Shown: piece after piece, positions 50,383 to 60,995 of the stretch | Position numbering within the stretch: position 1 is the first letter of the stretch | Layout of the letters: each line of letters opens with the position of its first letter | Source: Clostridia bacterium | Lineage (GTDB): Bacteria; Bacillota; Clostridia; TANB77; CAG-465 | Length of the DNA stretch: 64,000 nucleotides | Assembly: GCA_017478805.1 (NCBI GenBank) | Contig: JAFVCY010000010.1 | Span: 484 to 64,483, forward strand | Direction: 5' to 3' | Translations under genes and position numbers: made by a program | Notes under the pieces: generated by a model | Seen by the model: only the letters and a program-made list of their open reading frames with translations | Databases searched by the model: none | Told to the model about the DNA's origin: nothing

Positions 50383-50962
50383 ATGGCAAAATTATATTTT
50401 AGATATGGAGCAATGGGCTCACGGTAAAACTATAGATTTATTAAAAGTTGCATATAACTATGAAGAAAGAGGACAGAGCGTGCTTCTATACTCTTCTTCA
50501 CTTGATGATAGATATGAAAAAAGTACAATTACAACACGTATTGGAATATCAAGACCTTGCCTTACATTTTCAAAAGATACAAATATCTTTTTAGATGTAG
50601 TAAATCATAACTATAAACCTGATTGCATACTTATAGACGAAGCTCAATTTTTAAGCAAAAAACAGGTTAAAGAGCTTACAGACATTGTTGACTTTTTAAA
50701 CATACCTGTAATTTGCTATGGTCTAAAAACTGACTTTAGACAAGAGTTTTTTGAAGGCTCTGAAATGCTTATGAAAATGGCAGATAAAATTGAAGAAATA
50801 AAAACTATATGTGACTGTGGAGAAAAAGCAACTATCAATATGAGATTAATAAACGGTGAGCCGGTAATAGATGGTGAGCAAATAGTTATTGGCGGAAATG
50901 ATAGCTACAAGTCTGTATGTAGAAAATGTTTTAGGAAATATATAGGAAGACAAAATAAATAA
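50383..50962 (+). pseudogene. tdk: Thymidine kinase with a 1-nt insertion in the P-loop, at about 50422.
   Basis: The first frame reads MAKLYFRYGAMGSR and stops at 50425-50427. The +1 frame continues GKTIDLLKVAYNYEERG...LIDEAQFL...CYGLKTDFR...VIGGNDSYKSVCRKCF. The expected P-loop GAMGSGKT is split across the two frames. Confidence 0.75.
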
Positions 50963-51003
50963 CTTTAAGCAGCCAAGAATAAAAATTCAAGGCTGCTTTT
51001 TTG

Positions 51004-51261
51004 TTAATCTTCCAACGTTTCATTAAACCCACTGCGCGGAAAATCAAGTCCGTGCTGGCGGTACATCAAGATATCACTATAAGGAATTCTAAGTATAAGA
51101 TTATTAAATTCCTCTACAGTTATATCTTCTTTTCTTGTACGACAAATCATATAGATTTGTCGAAGCACAGAGAGTGAACCTGCCCAAACAGGATTCTCCT
51201 CCACAAGTTTTATAATTTTGGGCAAATACTTTTTCATCTCTCTTTCATTAATCTTTTTCAT
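51004..51261 (-). CDS. Hypothetical small protein.
   Basis: It is an 85-aa ORF. Confidence 0.4.
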   Translation of the reverse strand: MKKINEREMKKYLPKIIKLVEENPVWAGSLSVLRQIYMICRTRKEDITVEEFNNLILRIPYSDILMYRQHGLDFPRSGFNETLED

Positions 51262-51362
51262 AGTTATAACCTCCTTCTGGCTACGTAGCCATTAGTTTCC
51301 TTAAATTCTTGCACAAATATTATATCATAAAAAATATCGAATTGCAATATTTATGTAAACTT

Positions 51363-53567
51363 TTATTCAAAAATATTTTGTTCTATCTCTGATTTATCTT
51401 TTTGAGCCTCAATACTATCACTATTTTCCATATCATAACCCATAATTTCTTCTTTAGATTTTACCTCATATTTTTGACCAAGTGGCTTTTTACTATATAT
51501 CGCTTGAGATATACCATATACTAAAGAACCTCCTACTTCAAGTTTTAAATAACCTTGATTTACCTGCTCCTCAATTTCTAAACTATTTATTTCTTCCTGC
51601 TCTTTCTCAGGCAGCAGTTCTAAACACGCTTCATATACCAATTTATCTCTTGCTGAGAAAAAATCTGTAGGCTCCTTACTAATTCTTCCTCTTAGCTCTC
51701 TTGCAATTCTTTCAGTAGTCATAAATGAACCTTTTTCTTTATACATTGCATCAAACAATATATCTGAGCTTGATATCTTACTTCCTGGATTAAATTTATC
51801 ATCATGCTCCCACGATTTTTGTATTTGTATTTGAGCTTCAACACTTTCTTTAACTCTTCCCTTTATTTTTGTAGAAACTATTTCAAAAAATTTCTTCTTT
51901 AAAAGTAGCTCTTTTTCATCTTTTTCTAAACTTTCAAATTCAGGACAGTTCTTTATAACTTTTGCTTTTAGTTCATCATCCATTTTCTCTAATAGAATTT
52001 TTTGCATTACTTTAGTTTTGGCTTTAGCCTTATCTTCATCATCAAGTGATTCATAATCTTCAACTGCTGCTTTAACTCTTGGAATTAATATTTCATCTAT
52101 ATTTGTTCCTTTTTCAGCTCTTTGAAGATACATTCCTATATATGTACCTAGCTCTCCTATACCTCTTGTATCACTTCTTGTATATCTTCCAATTTTTTTA
52201 GCTGGTTTTCCCTCATCATCAACTCCTATAAATTCAATTTCTTTTTTAGCCTCTTCTACTGGCTGGGAAGTTAAATATGAAATAAATGCTGCTACTGCAT
52301 CTTTGTCATAATTTCCATGATTTGCTCCACCAGCTAAATCGCAAGCAAGAGCAGATAATGTTTTTGGGAAGTTATATCCTCTATCTGATGTAGCTGCATC
52401 AGTCGAATCTGCCACTTGAATTATATCTACAAAAAGATTCCTTTTTTTTATTTCTTCTTCAGTCTCTACACCACTTTGCACATTTTCCCTTTTTGATTCT
52501 TTTGTATGATGCTGAGATACTCCACAATACACATCATTAATTAATTTTTTTACACTATCATCTACTAAATTATTATCTGAAAGTATATTTAAAAGTTCAT
52601 CTATACTTTTAACTTCATTCATTCTGAAGCCATATTTTTGCATGCACTCTCTATCAAATTCTTGCATCTTTCTATCATTTTTGCCTGTTTTAAAATCTCT
52701 GTAGTAATTAGCTAGCATTGATATAAAAAGCTTTCCTCCTAAATCGTCATGTGCTGACATAGCATCTTTCATATCTCCACGTAGCTCACCTTGATACTTT
52801 AAAACTTCAGTTGGCGTTATTATTTTACCTATGTCATGCATTAGTGCCATAGCCTCTAATACTTGTGCATCTTCATCTGAAAGCTCCAACTTTTGTCCTA
52901 AAGCACTAGAAAGAGCAGTAACTCTTGAAATATGCCCTGAAGTATATGCATCTTTATACATAGTACTTCTATTTACTTCTCTTCTTACTTCATTTAAAAA
53001 TGTAGAAAATACATCTAACGCTGGACTTTTACCAGGTTTCATTTGTTTTATATCATAGCTAAGCTTACTTCTAAGCTCTCTATCTTGACTTACGTTATAT
53101 GCATTATCTAACTGTTTTACAAGATAAGCGAGTGAGTTTTCTATATTTTCTTTCATAAAATCTTTCCCAGGCTCATTTTTGCCATATACATTGTCTGTCG
53201 ATGCATTAATAAAAGCAGGATGAACAAGTACTGAGCTTTCTGCTACAAGACTAGCTAAATGATCCATCCCTTCCATATATGGAGAAATAGTATTTTGACC
53301 ATCTTTCCTTTTATCACAATAATCTAAACAAGTAGCAACAAACTCTGGATTATCTGACTTCATTTTTTGAAGCGTTGTAACCATAGATTTTGAATCTTTC
53401 GGGTATTCAAAAATAAAGTTATCTACTTTTTTTAGTTTTTCAAACTCTTTACTTCCAAAACTTACAATCTTAAATTTACCTTTTTGAGTATAATACTCCT
53501 CTATAAATTTTAATAACTCTTGCTCTTTTATATCACATACTACTACATATTCATCTTTACTTCCCAT
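51363..53567 (-). CDS. Large HD-domain phosphohydrolase-like protein.
   Basis: It contains the HD motif HISRVTALSSALGQKL...MALMHDIGK, and no GYP motif was seen. Confidence 0.65.
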   Translation of the reverse strand: MGSKDEYVVVCDIKEQELLKFIEEYYTQKGKFKIVSFGSKEFEKLKKVDNFIFEYPKDSKSMVTTLQKMKSDNPEFVATCLDYCDKRKDGQNTISPYMEGMDHLASLVAESSVLVHPAFINASTDNVYGKNEPGKDFMKENIENSLAYLVKQLDNAYNVSQDRELRSKLSYDIKQMKPGKSPALDVFSTFLNEVRREVNRSTMYKDAYTSGHISRVTALSSALGQKLELSDEDAQVLEAMALMHDIGKIITPTEVLKYQGELRGDMKDAMSAHDDLGGKLFISMLANYYRDFKTGKNDRKMQEFDRECMQKYGFRMNEVKSIDELLNILSDNNLVDDSVKKLINDVYCGVSQHHTKESKRENVQSGVETEEEIKKRNLFVDIIQVADSTDAATSDRGYNFPKTLSALACDLAGGANHGNYDKDAVAAFISYLTSQPVEEAKKEIEFIGVDDEGKPAKKIGRYTRSDTRGIGELGTYIGMYLQRAEKGTNIDEILIPRVKAAVEDYESLDDEDKAKAKTKVMQKILLEKMDDELKAKVIKNCPEFESLEKDEKELLLKKKFFEIVSTKIKGRVKESVEAQIQIQKSWEHDDKFNPGSKISSSDILFDAMYKEKGSFMTTERIARELRGRISKEPTDFFSARDKLVYEACLELLPEKEQEEINSLEIEEQVNQGYLKLEVGGSLVYGISQAIYSKKPLGQKYEVKSKEEIMGYDMENSDSIEAQKDKSEIEQNIFE

Positions 53568-53690
53568 ATATCTTCCTCCAACTTTTTTGCTATATACATT
53601 TTAGCATATAATAACTTTCATTTCAACGGTGTAATGTACAAATTACAGAAAAGAAAAAATCCAGATACTATATATACCTGGACCATTTCT

Positions 53691-54287
53691 TTATTCTTCA
53701 TCATTTAATATTTCAAGCTGTGCTTCAAGCATAGACTTTACTTTTATCTTGTATATTTGCATTTCTTTCTTAATCTTTTCAAGTTCAAGCTCTTTAGCAC
53801 GTATCTCAAGCTTAATTTCTTCTGCTCCCATATTTATTTTTTTACTTGATTTTTCTTTTATCTCATCTACTTCTTTTTCAGTTTCTTCTTTCATCTTGCT
53901 TGCTTCTTCTTTAATTTTTTCTGCCTCTTCTTTTGCATCAGTAATTAATCTATCTTTTTCCATTTTAGCATCATCAATTATTCTCTTTGCTTCAAGTTCA
54001 GCTTCAGATTTTATTTGCTCAGACTCAAGCATAGCTTTATCTTTTATATCATCAGCAGCCTTTTGAGAATTTTCAATTGTTTTAGATACGCCTCTTTCTA
54101 ATGTTGAATAATAATTTTCAGTTTCTTCAGATTTTTCAAGCTTGTCCTTTAATTCAAAATTTTCTTTGTATAAAGCTTCATAATCAACAATTAATTCTTC
54201 TAAGAAGTCTTCAACTTCGTTTATGTCGTACCCACCAATTTTAACTTTTTTAAACATTTTATTTTCAATATCTACTGGAGTTAGCAT
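53691..54287 (-). CDS. divIVA: DivIVA-domain cell-division protein. The start is at the ATG at 54287.
   Basis: The N-terminus MLTPVDIENKMFKKVKIGGYDINEVEDFLE is followed by coiled-coil. A GAGGTG RBS precedes the start. Confidence 0.8.
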   Translation of the reverse strand: MLTPVDIENKMFKKVKIGGYDINEVEDFLEELIVDYEALYKENFELKDKLEKSEETENYYSTLERGVSKTIENSQKAADDIKDKAMLESEQIKSEAELEAKRIIDDAKMEKDRLITDAKEEAEKIKEEASKMKEETEKEVDEIKEKSSKKINMGAEEIKLEIRAKELELEKIKKEMQIYKIKVKSMLEAQLEILNDEE

Positions 54288-54404
54288 AAAAAAACACCTC
54301 AACTTTTCTACATTATATAACATTTAATAATTTATTTCAACTAATTTTGTAAAATTTACATAAAAAATTTCAGCACAAATCTAAAAACCTGTGCTGAAAA
54401 ATAA

Positions 54405-54854
54405 TTACTTCATCCATGAAAAGTTCATTTTTTGCTTGCTATAATCCTTCTTTTCCACATCATTTTGTATCTCAACACATCTTGGCGTTGTTAGATATAT
54501 AAGATTTGAAACCTTTTGAATTGTACCTTCAACCATAAAAGTTGCACCGCTCATAAAATCAAGTATTCTTTGTCCATCTTCTTTTGATACATTTTCTAAA
54601 TTTATTATAACTGCCTTTTTACATCTTAAATACTCACCAATTTCTTGAACATCTTCATAGCATGATGGCTGAGTTATAACCATCTTTGAAGATGAAATAG
54701 CTGTATTCATAGGAACAACTTTAGATTTTGAATATTCATCTGCATATCCTGCTTCATATTCTCCATCTTCTAACTCCATATTTTCATCATCATATATTTC
54801 ATCATCATTTTGATTTCCTTTAAACATACTTAATAAATTATTTATTGCTTTCAT
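54405..54854 (-). CDS. sepF: Cell division protein SepF.
   Basis: The C-terminal region contains ...MVITQPSCYEDVQEIGEYLRCKKAVIINLENVSKEDGQRILDFMSGA. Confidence 0.8.
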   Translation of the reverse strand: MKAINNLLSMFKGNQNDDEIYDDENMELEDGEYEAGYADEYSKSKVVPMNTAISSSKMVITQPSCYEDVQEIGEYLRCKKAVIINLENVSKEDGQRILDFMSGATFMVEGTIQKVSNLIYLTTPRCVEIQNDVEKKDYSKQKMNFSWMK

Positions 54855-54993
54855 AATTTTCCCCCTTGGAATATTTCTATACTTTAATTATGCTATAAAC
54901 TTAAAATGTTGTCAACACATTTTTAATTTTTAACTTTTTTTTGCCAAAAAAAGTTTATACACATATTAAATTTTGAAATATTTGTGACATATT

Positions 54994-56169
54994 TTATAAA
55001 AATGTAAAATTAACTGACTCGAAAAATTTTAGTACACTTGTTAGATTATTGTCTTCATATACTTCAACATGAAGGTGTGCTCCAGTTGAGTTTCCAGTAC
55101 TTCCGACATATGCAATTACTTGTCCTCTTGCAACAGTTTCACCTTGACTTACAGCTAAGCTCCTTGCATGTGCATATAACGTTTTGTATGTTTTTCCATT
55201 TTCCAAGCTTTTTCCATGGTCAATTATTACACAATTTCCATAAGCACCATACCATCTAGCAAGTGTGACCTTTCCACTTTCCATAGCACGTATTTCAGTA
55301 CCTGCAATACCACTTCCGGCAATATCTGTACCAGTGTGATATGTATGGCTACCAGTTCCCCATGGGTCATAATACCCCATAGTTGCAGTTATTGTATAAA
55401 ATCCTTGTGCTGGCCAGTAAAACTGTCCATTAAAAGTTCCACTATTTTGCATCCTTAAAATTTCTGCACGTATATTATTAGATGTTTCTTCTTCTTGCTT
55501 TGCAAGCTCAACAGCAGTTGCTTCAAGAAGAGATTTTGATGACCTCATTTCCTCTATTTTATTTTCTTTTGCCTCTAAAGTATTTTCTAAAGTTTCTTTT
55601 GATTTTTCAGTATCATATGTGAGCTGCTCAAGCTGATTTTTTTGAAACTCAACATTTTGTTTAACATATTCAACATAATCCTTTTGTGTCTTCAAATTAG
55701 AAACTAATGACTTGTCATATTCTATAATTGTTTTAAGTACTGATGCTTTTGAAAAGAAGTCGTTTAAACTACTTGATGTAAGTAAAATATCCAGCATTGA
55801 AGGCATCCCATGTTCATATATTACTCTAAGTCTTGTCATATACACATCTTCTAAAGAATTATATGCTTGAGCTGAATTTTGAAGAAGGCTCTCCTGCTCT
55901 TCTAAACTTTTTGAAATCTCATCTACTTTTTCTTGTAATTCTTGTAGTCTCATACTCACTATTGTTATATCGCTATCAAGCACTGTTATATCATATATAT
56001 AATCTGCTATTTCTCTGTCTATTCCCTCTAAAGCACTAGCAGTTTGTTTTTGTTGCTCTTGAACCTCTAAAAGTTGCTGCTTGTAATCTGACAAAGTATC
56101 TGCATAAATAACCTTTAGACTTGCTATTATCGTTATAGTAAGTGTTATTATTAAAAATTTATGTTTCAT
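54994..56169 (-). CDS. Coiled-coil M23 (LytM) peptidoglycan DD-endopeptidase, a PcsB/EnvC-like protein coupled to FtsEX.
   Basis: It has a signal peptide, a long coiled-coil and a C-terminal M23 domain (HTGTDIAG...YAHARS...GNSTGAHLHVEV). Confidence 0.8.
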   Translation of the reverse strand: MKHKFLIITLTITIIASLKVIYADTLSDYKQQLLEVQEQQKQTASALEGIDREIADYIYDITVLDSDITIVSMRLQELQEKVDEISKSLEEQESLLQNSAQAYNSLEDVYMTRLRVIYEHGMPSMLDILLTSSSLNDFFSKASVLKTIIEYDKSLVSNLKTQKDYVEYVKQNVEFQKNQLEQLTYDTEKSKETLENTLEAKENKIEEMRSSKSLLEATAVELAKQEEETSNNIRAEILRMQNSGTFNGQFYWPAQGFYTITATMGYYDPWGTGSHTYHTGTDIAGSGIAGTEIRAMESGKVTLARWYGAYGNCVIIDHGKSLENGKTYKTLYAHARSLAVSQGETVARGQVIAYVGSTGNSTGAHLHVEVYEDNNLTSVLKFFESVNFTFL

Positions 56170-56180
56170 ATATTAATCAC

Positions 56181-57098
56181 CTAAACTTTCAAATATTTTC
56201 TAAGTGATAACGCACTTCCAATCATACCTATTAATAACCCGATTATTAAAAGTATAATTAGTACTTGATACCATAGCTGTGAATATGGAATAAATCCAAA
56301 TATTCCAAGACTTGTTCCTACTTTAGGAAGTCTTGCATATAGCACAACATATGCAATTGATATTGTCATAAAAGAAGTTAAGCTACTTACTACTCCCATT
56401 ATTATCCCTTCATAGATAAATGGTTTACGTATAAACGAATTTGTTGCTCCAATATATCTCATTATATATATTTCTCTTTTATTTGAATATACTGCAAGTT
56501 TTATTGTGTTAGATATAATAAACATTGAAACTATAAGCATCACAGAGCCTACTGATATTAAGAAAATATTTGCTATTCTTGAGATAATAATTACAGCATT
56601 AATTGTTCCCTCATTAAATTGTACATTATATATATTATCTATTTTCTCTATTTTTTCCTTTATAGCATTTGCCTCTTCAATGTTATAAAACCTAACAATA
56701 AATGATGCTGGAAAAGGGTTTACTTTTTCTAGGCCTTCTAAGAAGTATGACTGGTCTCCAAATACATTTAAAGCATCTTGATATGAAGCCTCTTTACTAA
56801 TATAGTCGACACTTTTCACACCTTCTATTTGAAGAATTTCTGACCTTGCATATTCTATATCACTTTCTTTTATCCCATCTTTTATAAATGCTTGCAAGCC
56901 TTGCTGCTCTCTTACTTCTTTTATATTATGATTTACATTTTGGAAAATTACTATAAATATTCCAACAATTAATAAAGTTAAAAATATAATAAGCATCGTT
57001 GAAAAAGTTTTTGAGGCATTTTTCTTTAAATTATCATAGCCTTCTTTAAGAAGGTAGCTTCTAGTAGTCATATCCTGCATACCCCCCTTTTTCATCAC
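56181..57098 (-). CDS. ftsX: Cell division permease FtsX.
   Basis: It has four TM segments and overlaps ftsE. Confidence 0.85.
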   Translation of the reverse strand: MMKKGGMQDMTTRSYLLKEGYDNLKKNASKTFSTMLIIFLTLLIVGIFIVIFQNVNHNIKEVREQQGLQAFIKDGIKESDIEYARSEILQIEGVKSVDYISKEASYQDALNVFGDQSYFLEGLEKVNPFPASFIVRFYNIEEANAIKEKIEKIDNIYNVQFNEGTINAVIIISRIANIFLISVGSVMLIVSMFIISNTIKLAVYSNKREIYIMRYIGATNSFIRKPFIYEGIIMGVVSSLTSFMTISIAYVVLYARLPKVGTSLGIFGFIPYSQLWYQVLIILLIIGLLIGMIGSALSLRKYLKV

Positions 57099-57828
57099 TT
57101 ATAACTCTGCCTGCGCTTAGTGCAATAACACGTTTATTTAGCTTGTCCACCGTATCTTTAGCATGGGTTACAACTAGAATTGTTGTTCCTCTATTATTTA
57201 TCTCAACAAGCATTTTAAATATTTCATCAGCAGTTTTAGGGTCAAGATTTCCAGTTGGCTCGTCTGCTATAAGTACACTAGGTTTTGTAGCAAGAGCTCT
57301 AGCTAGTGCCACTCTTTGTTGTTCCCCACCAGATAACTGATTTGGGTAATAGTTTTCTTTTCCAGTTAGTCCAACAAGCTCTAAAACATTTGCAAGCTGC
57401 ATCTTTATCTCTCTTTCAGTTGCTCCAACTACCATCAAAGCAAAAATAATATTTTCAGCTACTGTCCTATCATAAAGAAGCCTAAAATCTTGGAACACAA
57501 AACCTATTTTTCTTCTAAAAAAAGGTACATCCTTTTCTTTTAAATTTGCTACATCTTGTCCATTTACAATAACATTTCCCTCAGTTGCCAGCTCCTCCCT
57601 AACTAAAAGCTTTAGTATTGTAGATTTTCCGCTTCCAGAAGGACCAACTAGAAATATAAACTCACCTTTTTTTATCTTAAAACTAACTTTATTTAAAGCT
57701 ACAACTTCATGATTATAGTCTTTTGTAACATTTTTAAATTCTATTATGCTATCGTTTTTAAAAATAGACACATCATTTGCAGAAGTTGTAGTATTTCTTC
57801 TTATACTTACTTTTTCTTCTTTTTTCAT
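57061..57828 (-). CDS. ftsE: Cell division ATP-binding protein FtsE.
   Basis: It contains GPSGSGKSTILKLL, LSGGEQQRVALARAL and VLIADEPTGNLD. Confidence 0.9.
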   Translation of the reverse strand: MKKEEKVSIRRNTTTSANDVSIFKNDSIIEFKNVTKDYNHEVVALNKVSFKIKKGEFIFLVGPSGSGKSTILKLLVREELATEGNVIVNGQDVANLKEKDVPFFRRKIGFVFQDFRLLYDRTVAENIIFALMVVGATEREIKMQLANVLELVGLTGKENYYPNQLSGGEQQRVALARALATKPSVLIADEPTGNLDPKTADEIFKMLVEINNRGTTILVVTHAKDTVDKLNKRVIALSAGRVISDEKGGYAGYDY

Positions 57829-57903
57829 AACTCTCCTCTTTATACACTACAAATTACATAATACCATGAATTTATTTTTTTGTCTATAAATATTTCAGAA
57901 ATA

Positions 57904-58491
57904 TTACTTATTTGTGCCTAAATATTTTAAAAATGCCTTTATAATATCTTGAGTAGTCTTTGATTCAACCTCTATTTCATCAATACATGAGTTTATATCT
58001 TTATCGGTATATCCAAGAACTTTAAGTGCAACTATAGCCTCGTCAAGATTTTTATTCTTAACAATTTTATTTTTCTTAACTATCATTTCATCATTTTCTA
58101 TCTTATCTTTAAGTTCTATTATTATTTTAGCTGCAAGCTTTGGACCAACTCCAGGTGCACTTTTAATTACATTTACATCATCAGTTGCAATTGCTGTAGC
58201 AAGCGACTCAACCTCTAAAGCATTCATTATAGCCATGCCCATCTTTGCACCTACTCCATTTACAGAAATCAATTTTTTAAAAAATTCTAATCTTTTCTTA
58301 TTTTCAAAGCCGAATAATCTCATATATTCTTCTTTATGATCAAAATACGTGAAAATTTTAACTTCTTCTTTATCGTCTAATCTATTAATCTCATTTTCAC
58401 TCATAAAAATATTATATCCAATATTTGAAACTTCTAAAACAATTCCCTGCTCAAACCTATCTGTTATTTTTCCTATCATGTATGCGTACAT
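57904..58491 (-). CDS. ruvA: Holliday junction branch-migration protein RuvA.
   Basis: It contains MIGKITDRFEQGIVLEV...ISVNGVGAKMGMAIM...APGVGPKLAAKII. Confidence 0.9.
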   Translation of the reverse strand: MYAYMIGKITDRFEQGIVLEVSNIGYNIFMSENEINRLDDKEEVKIFTYFDHKEEYMRLFGFENKKRLEFFKKLISVNGVGAKMGMAIMNALEVESLATAIATDDVNVIKSAPGVGPKLAAKIIIELKDKIENDEMIVKKNKIVKNKNLDEAIVALKVLGYTDKDINSCIDEIEVESKTTQDIIKAFLKYLGTNK

Positions 58492-58535
58492 GTAAAACCA
58501 CCTCTTTTTTTACATAGGTAATTTTACATTATTTA

Positions 58536-58799
58536 CTACTTTTTGTCAAATCTTTCATGTATGTTTACAATATCTACCACTTCTTCAAATTTCTTTGATT
58601 TTTCTAGTTCTGATATAATATCATTTACATCGTTATCATCTAAATTATATGTATAAATATCTAAGATTTTTGCTTTTTTTGTATCATTTTTTACTGCCAA
58701 ATAATACTCTTCATCTGTAAGTATAAAAAAGAGTAAAAATATACCAAGGATTGATACTATGTATATAAAACTTTGAATAAAAATAACCATATCTTTCAC
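58536..58799 (-). CDS. Small membrane protein.
   Basis: It has an N-terminal TM segment. Confidence 0.35.
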   Translation of the reverse strand: MKDMVIFIQSFIYIVSILGIFLLFFILTDEEYYLAVKNDTKKAKILDIYTYNLDDNDVNDIISELEKSKKFEEVVDIVNIHERFDKK

Positions 58800-58885
58800 C
58801 TAGTTTATTATATTAAAAAATTTAATAGCTTGTTACAACTTGAAAACTAATAAATATGTATGTATAATATTAAAGGAAAAAAAAG

Positions 58886-59371
58886 ATGAGGTTTAATATG
58901 CAAATTAGAAATGTATATGTATTTATAGATAAAGATAAAGTAGATTATTGTTTAAAGTATGGTATTAAAATTTCAATGTTTTATAATGCAGAGGAGAAAA
59001 TAATGGGACTTAAGAAAAAAGGAATTAAAGCATACCTTTCTCCTAAAGACTGTGATAAATATAATGATGAGGGCTATGAAATACTTAGAGTAAAATTAAA
59101 TAGTGAAAAAGCATATGTAGTAAATGAACAAAATAGTGACTTTTGCAAAATAGATAAATATAATTTTGGTGATTTTATTTTGCCAGAAGTAATTATAACT
59201 ACATCTGTTGCACCGGAAGATGTTTTTGTATACAACAAAATATTAGATGTACCACTAATTGTACAAAACTCAAAGGAGTTTTACTTATCAAGGATTGAAG
59301 AAGAAAAAAATGAGATTGAAAGTAGCAAATACACATTTAATGATTTGTTAAAAAATAAAAAGCTAGATTAA
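58886..59371 (+). CDS. Hypothetical protein.
   Basis: It is a 161-aa ORF. Confidence 0.4.
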   Translation: MRFNMQIRNVYVFIDKDKVDYCLKYGIKISMFYNAEEKIMGLKKKGIKAYLSPKDCDKYNDEGYEILRVKLNSEKAYVVNEQNSDFCKIDKYNFGDFILPEVIITTSVAPEDVFVYNKILDVPLIVQNSKEFYLSRIEEEKNEIESSKYTFNDLLKNKKLD

Positions 59372-59498
59372 TTATATATTATTTCTAGCTATTTTTATTT
59401 TCTATTTAATTTTTATGTAAATTATGTTGTAATATTTAATGTAAGATTCAGCAGTTATGTATCTATGCTAACAATGCATAGAAGAAAAGGAGAAAAAA

Positions 59499-59909
59499 AT
59501 GTCATTTAGTTTTTTCAAAAAGCAAGAATCAAAAACGCCAAACTTCAAGTACACAAAAACCGGTCTTAGTCGTGCTAAATTCTCCCCAAATTTCCGGAAT
59601 AGTAGTGAGTGTTACGTGCTCCCTTCATCTGCATACACAATTTCGGATGAGAACCCAAATTGCACTAAAGCACCTGAAAAAGATGTTACTTCAACTTTAA
59701 ATTTTGAACTTATGGGAGTATCCAGTTTTGCTGCAAAATGCATAATTGTGCTAACCAAAATTTTCGTATCTGCAATCATCTACTTCTGTTTAGCACATTT
59801 TGTGCCGGAACTTCGTGAGAAGCTCCCTGACCTGTACAGGGTAGTCGATGGCCTTTTATCAGTTTTAAACGCACTTTTTTCCACAATTTTGAGCATTTTT
59901 GGACTGTAA
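59499..59909 (+). CDS. Hypothetical membrane protein with GC-enriched coding sequence.
   Basis: A GGAG RBS precedes it. It has a C-terminal TM segment and is roughly 40% GC locally. Confidence 0.4.
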   Translation: MSFSFFKKQESKTPNFKYTKTGLSRAKFSPNFRNSSECYVLPSSAYTISDENPNCTKAPEKDVTSTLNFELMGVSSFAAKCIIVLTKIFVSAIIYFCLAHFVPELREKLPDLYRVVDGLLSVLNALFSTILSIFGL

Positions 59910-59949
59910 CAAAACTACCACACTCTAATATTTAGAGTGTGGTAATATT

Positions 59950-60948
59950 TTATGATATATAAAATAATTTACTCTTAGGGAAATATTTATTCATCATTTC
60001 TTTAAAAAATATTGTCCCTTCTTCTCTTATTTCCTTCTTATACGTGTACTTTCCTTTTCCTCTTGATGTAAACTTTTCTTTTTCGTATATTTTTATGTGA
60101 TTTGGAAATGCTTCTTCATTAATCGCATTATGCACAAAACTATATGTCATAAATATAAGTTCAAAAAAAATTTCATCTAAATATTTTTCAGGTATTTCTT
60201 CCTTTATTTTCATAAATAACTGCTCATAAATTTCTTTATAGTCCTCAAGTAAAATTATTGGTGCAATAAGAATTCCAACTCTATACCCAGCCTCTTTAAG
60301 CTTTATAACCCCTCTAATTCTATCATCTAATTTTGAAGTTCCAATTTCTACATTATTTATTATTATATCTGGATTTAGACTCATTCTAATTATAATCCTC
60401 TCTTTTCCTTTTAAATCCAAAATATCATCTATCATGTGAAATTTAGTAGGAAAAGTTAAAAATCCTTTTTTAGTTTTTGAAAACTCTTCTATAGTCCAAA
60501 CTAAATTGTTCGTTATAGTATTTTCAAGAACTAAGTCGCTATTTGAGCCTATTTCAAATACCAATTCATCATCTGATTTTTCTTGAAATTTTATTATTCT
60601 ACTTAGCATTTCTTCTCTATTTACAAAAAGCCTCAAATATGCACATTTGTTGAAGTGACAAACTAAATAACAATACATACACATTGCTGTGCAACCAGAT
60701 GAAGTATATGGTACTAAATAATTTGACACCTTGTAATTTGGAACAAATTTCCCGAGTTTTTCTTACGCCTATAATTAAATTTTGTTTAAGTCTTGGGAAA
60801 TCCTTATTTTTACTTTTTCTCATTTCTTATATATTGTTATGGCTTTCAATAACAAATTTTGGAATATCCTTAAATTTCTCAAGAAGCTCCTTTCCAAGCG
60901 TATAATTAACTATATTTTCTTCATAATATATAGCTTTAGGTATAAACA
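59950..60948 (-). pseudogene. splB: Spore photoproduct lyase (radical SAM) carrying an in-frame TAA at 60827-60829 and a +1 frameshift near 60710.
   Basis: Fragment 1 reads (V)FIPKAIYYEENIVNYTLGKELLEKFKDIPKFVIESHNNI*. Fragment 2 contains ...LIIGVRKT.... Fragment 3 reads YLVPYTSSGCTAMCMYCYL (CxxxCxxC) and extends through the C-terminus. Confidence 0.65.
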
Positions 60949-60995
60949 CATTAATCACCTAAAATATTATGTGATTATTTTACATATATTATTTT

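Noticed and set aside
53749-54066. A 105-aa Ser-rich ORF antisense to divIVA.
   Set aside because: It is an artefact of the repetitive Glu/Lys codons of the coiled-coil on the other strand.
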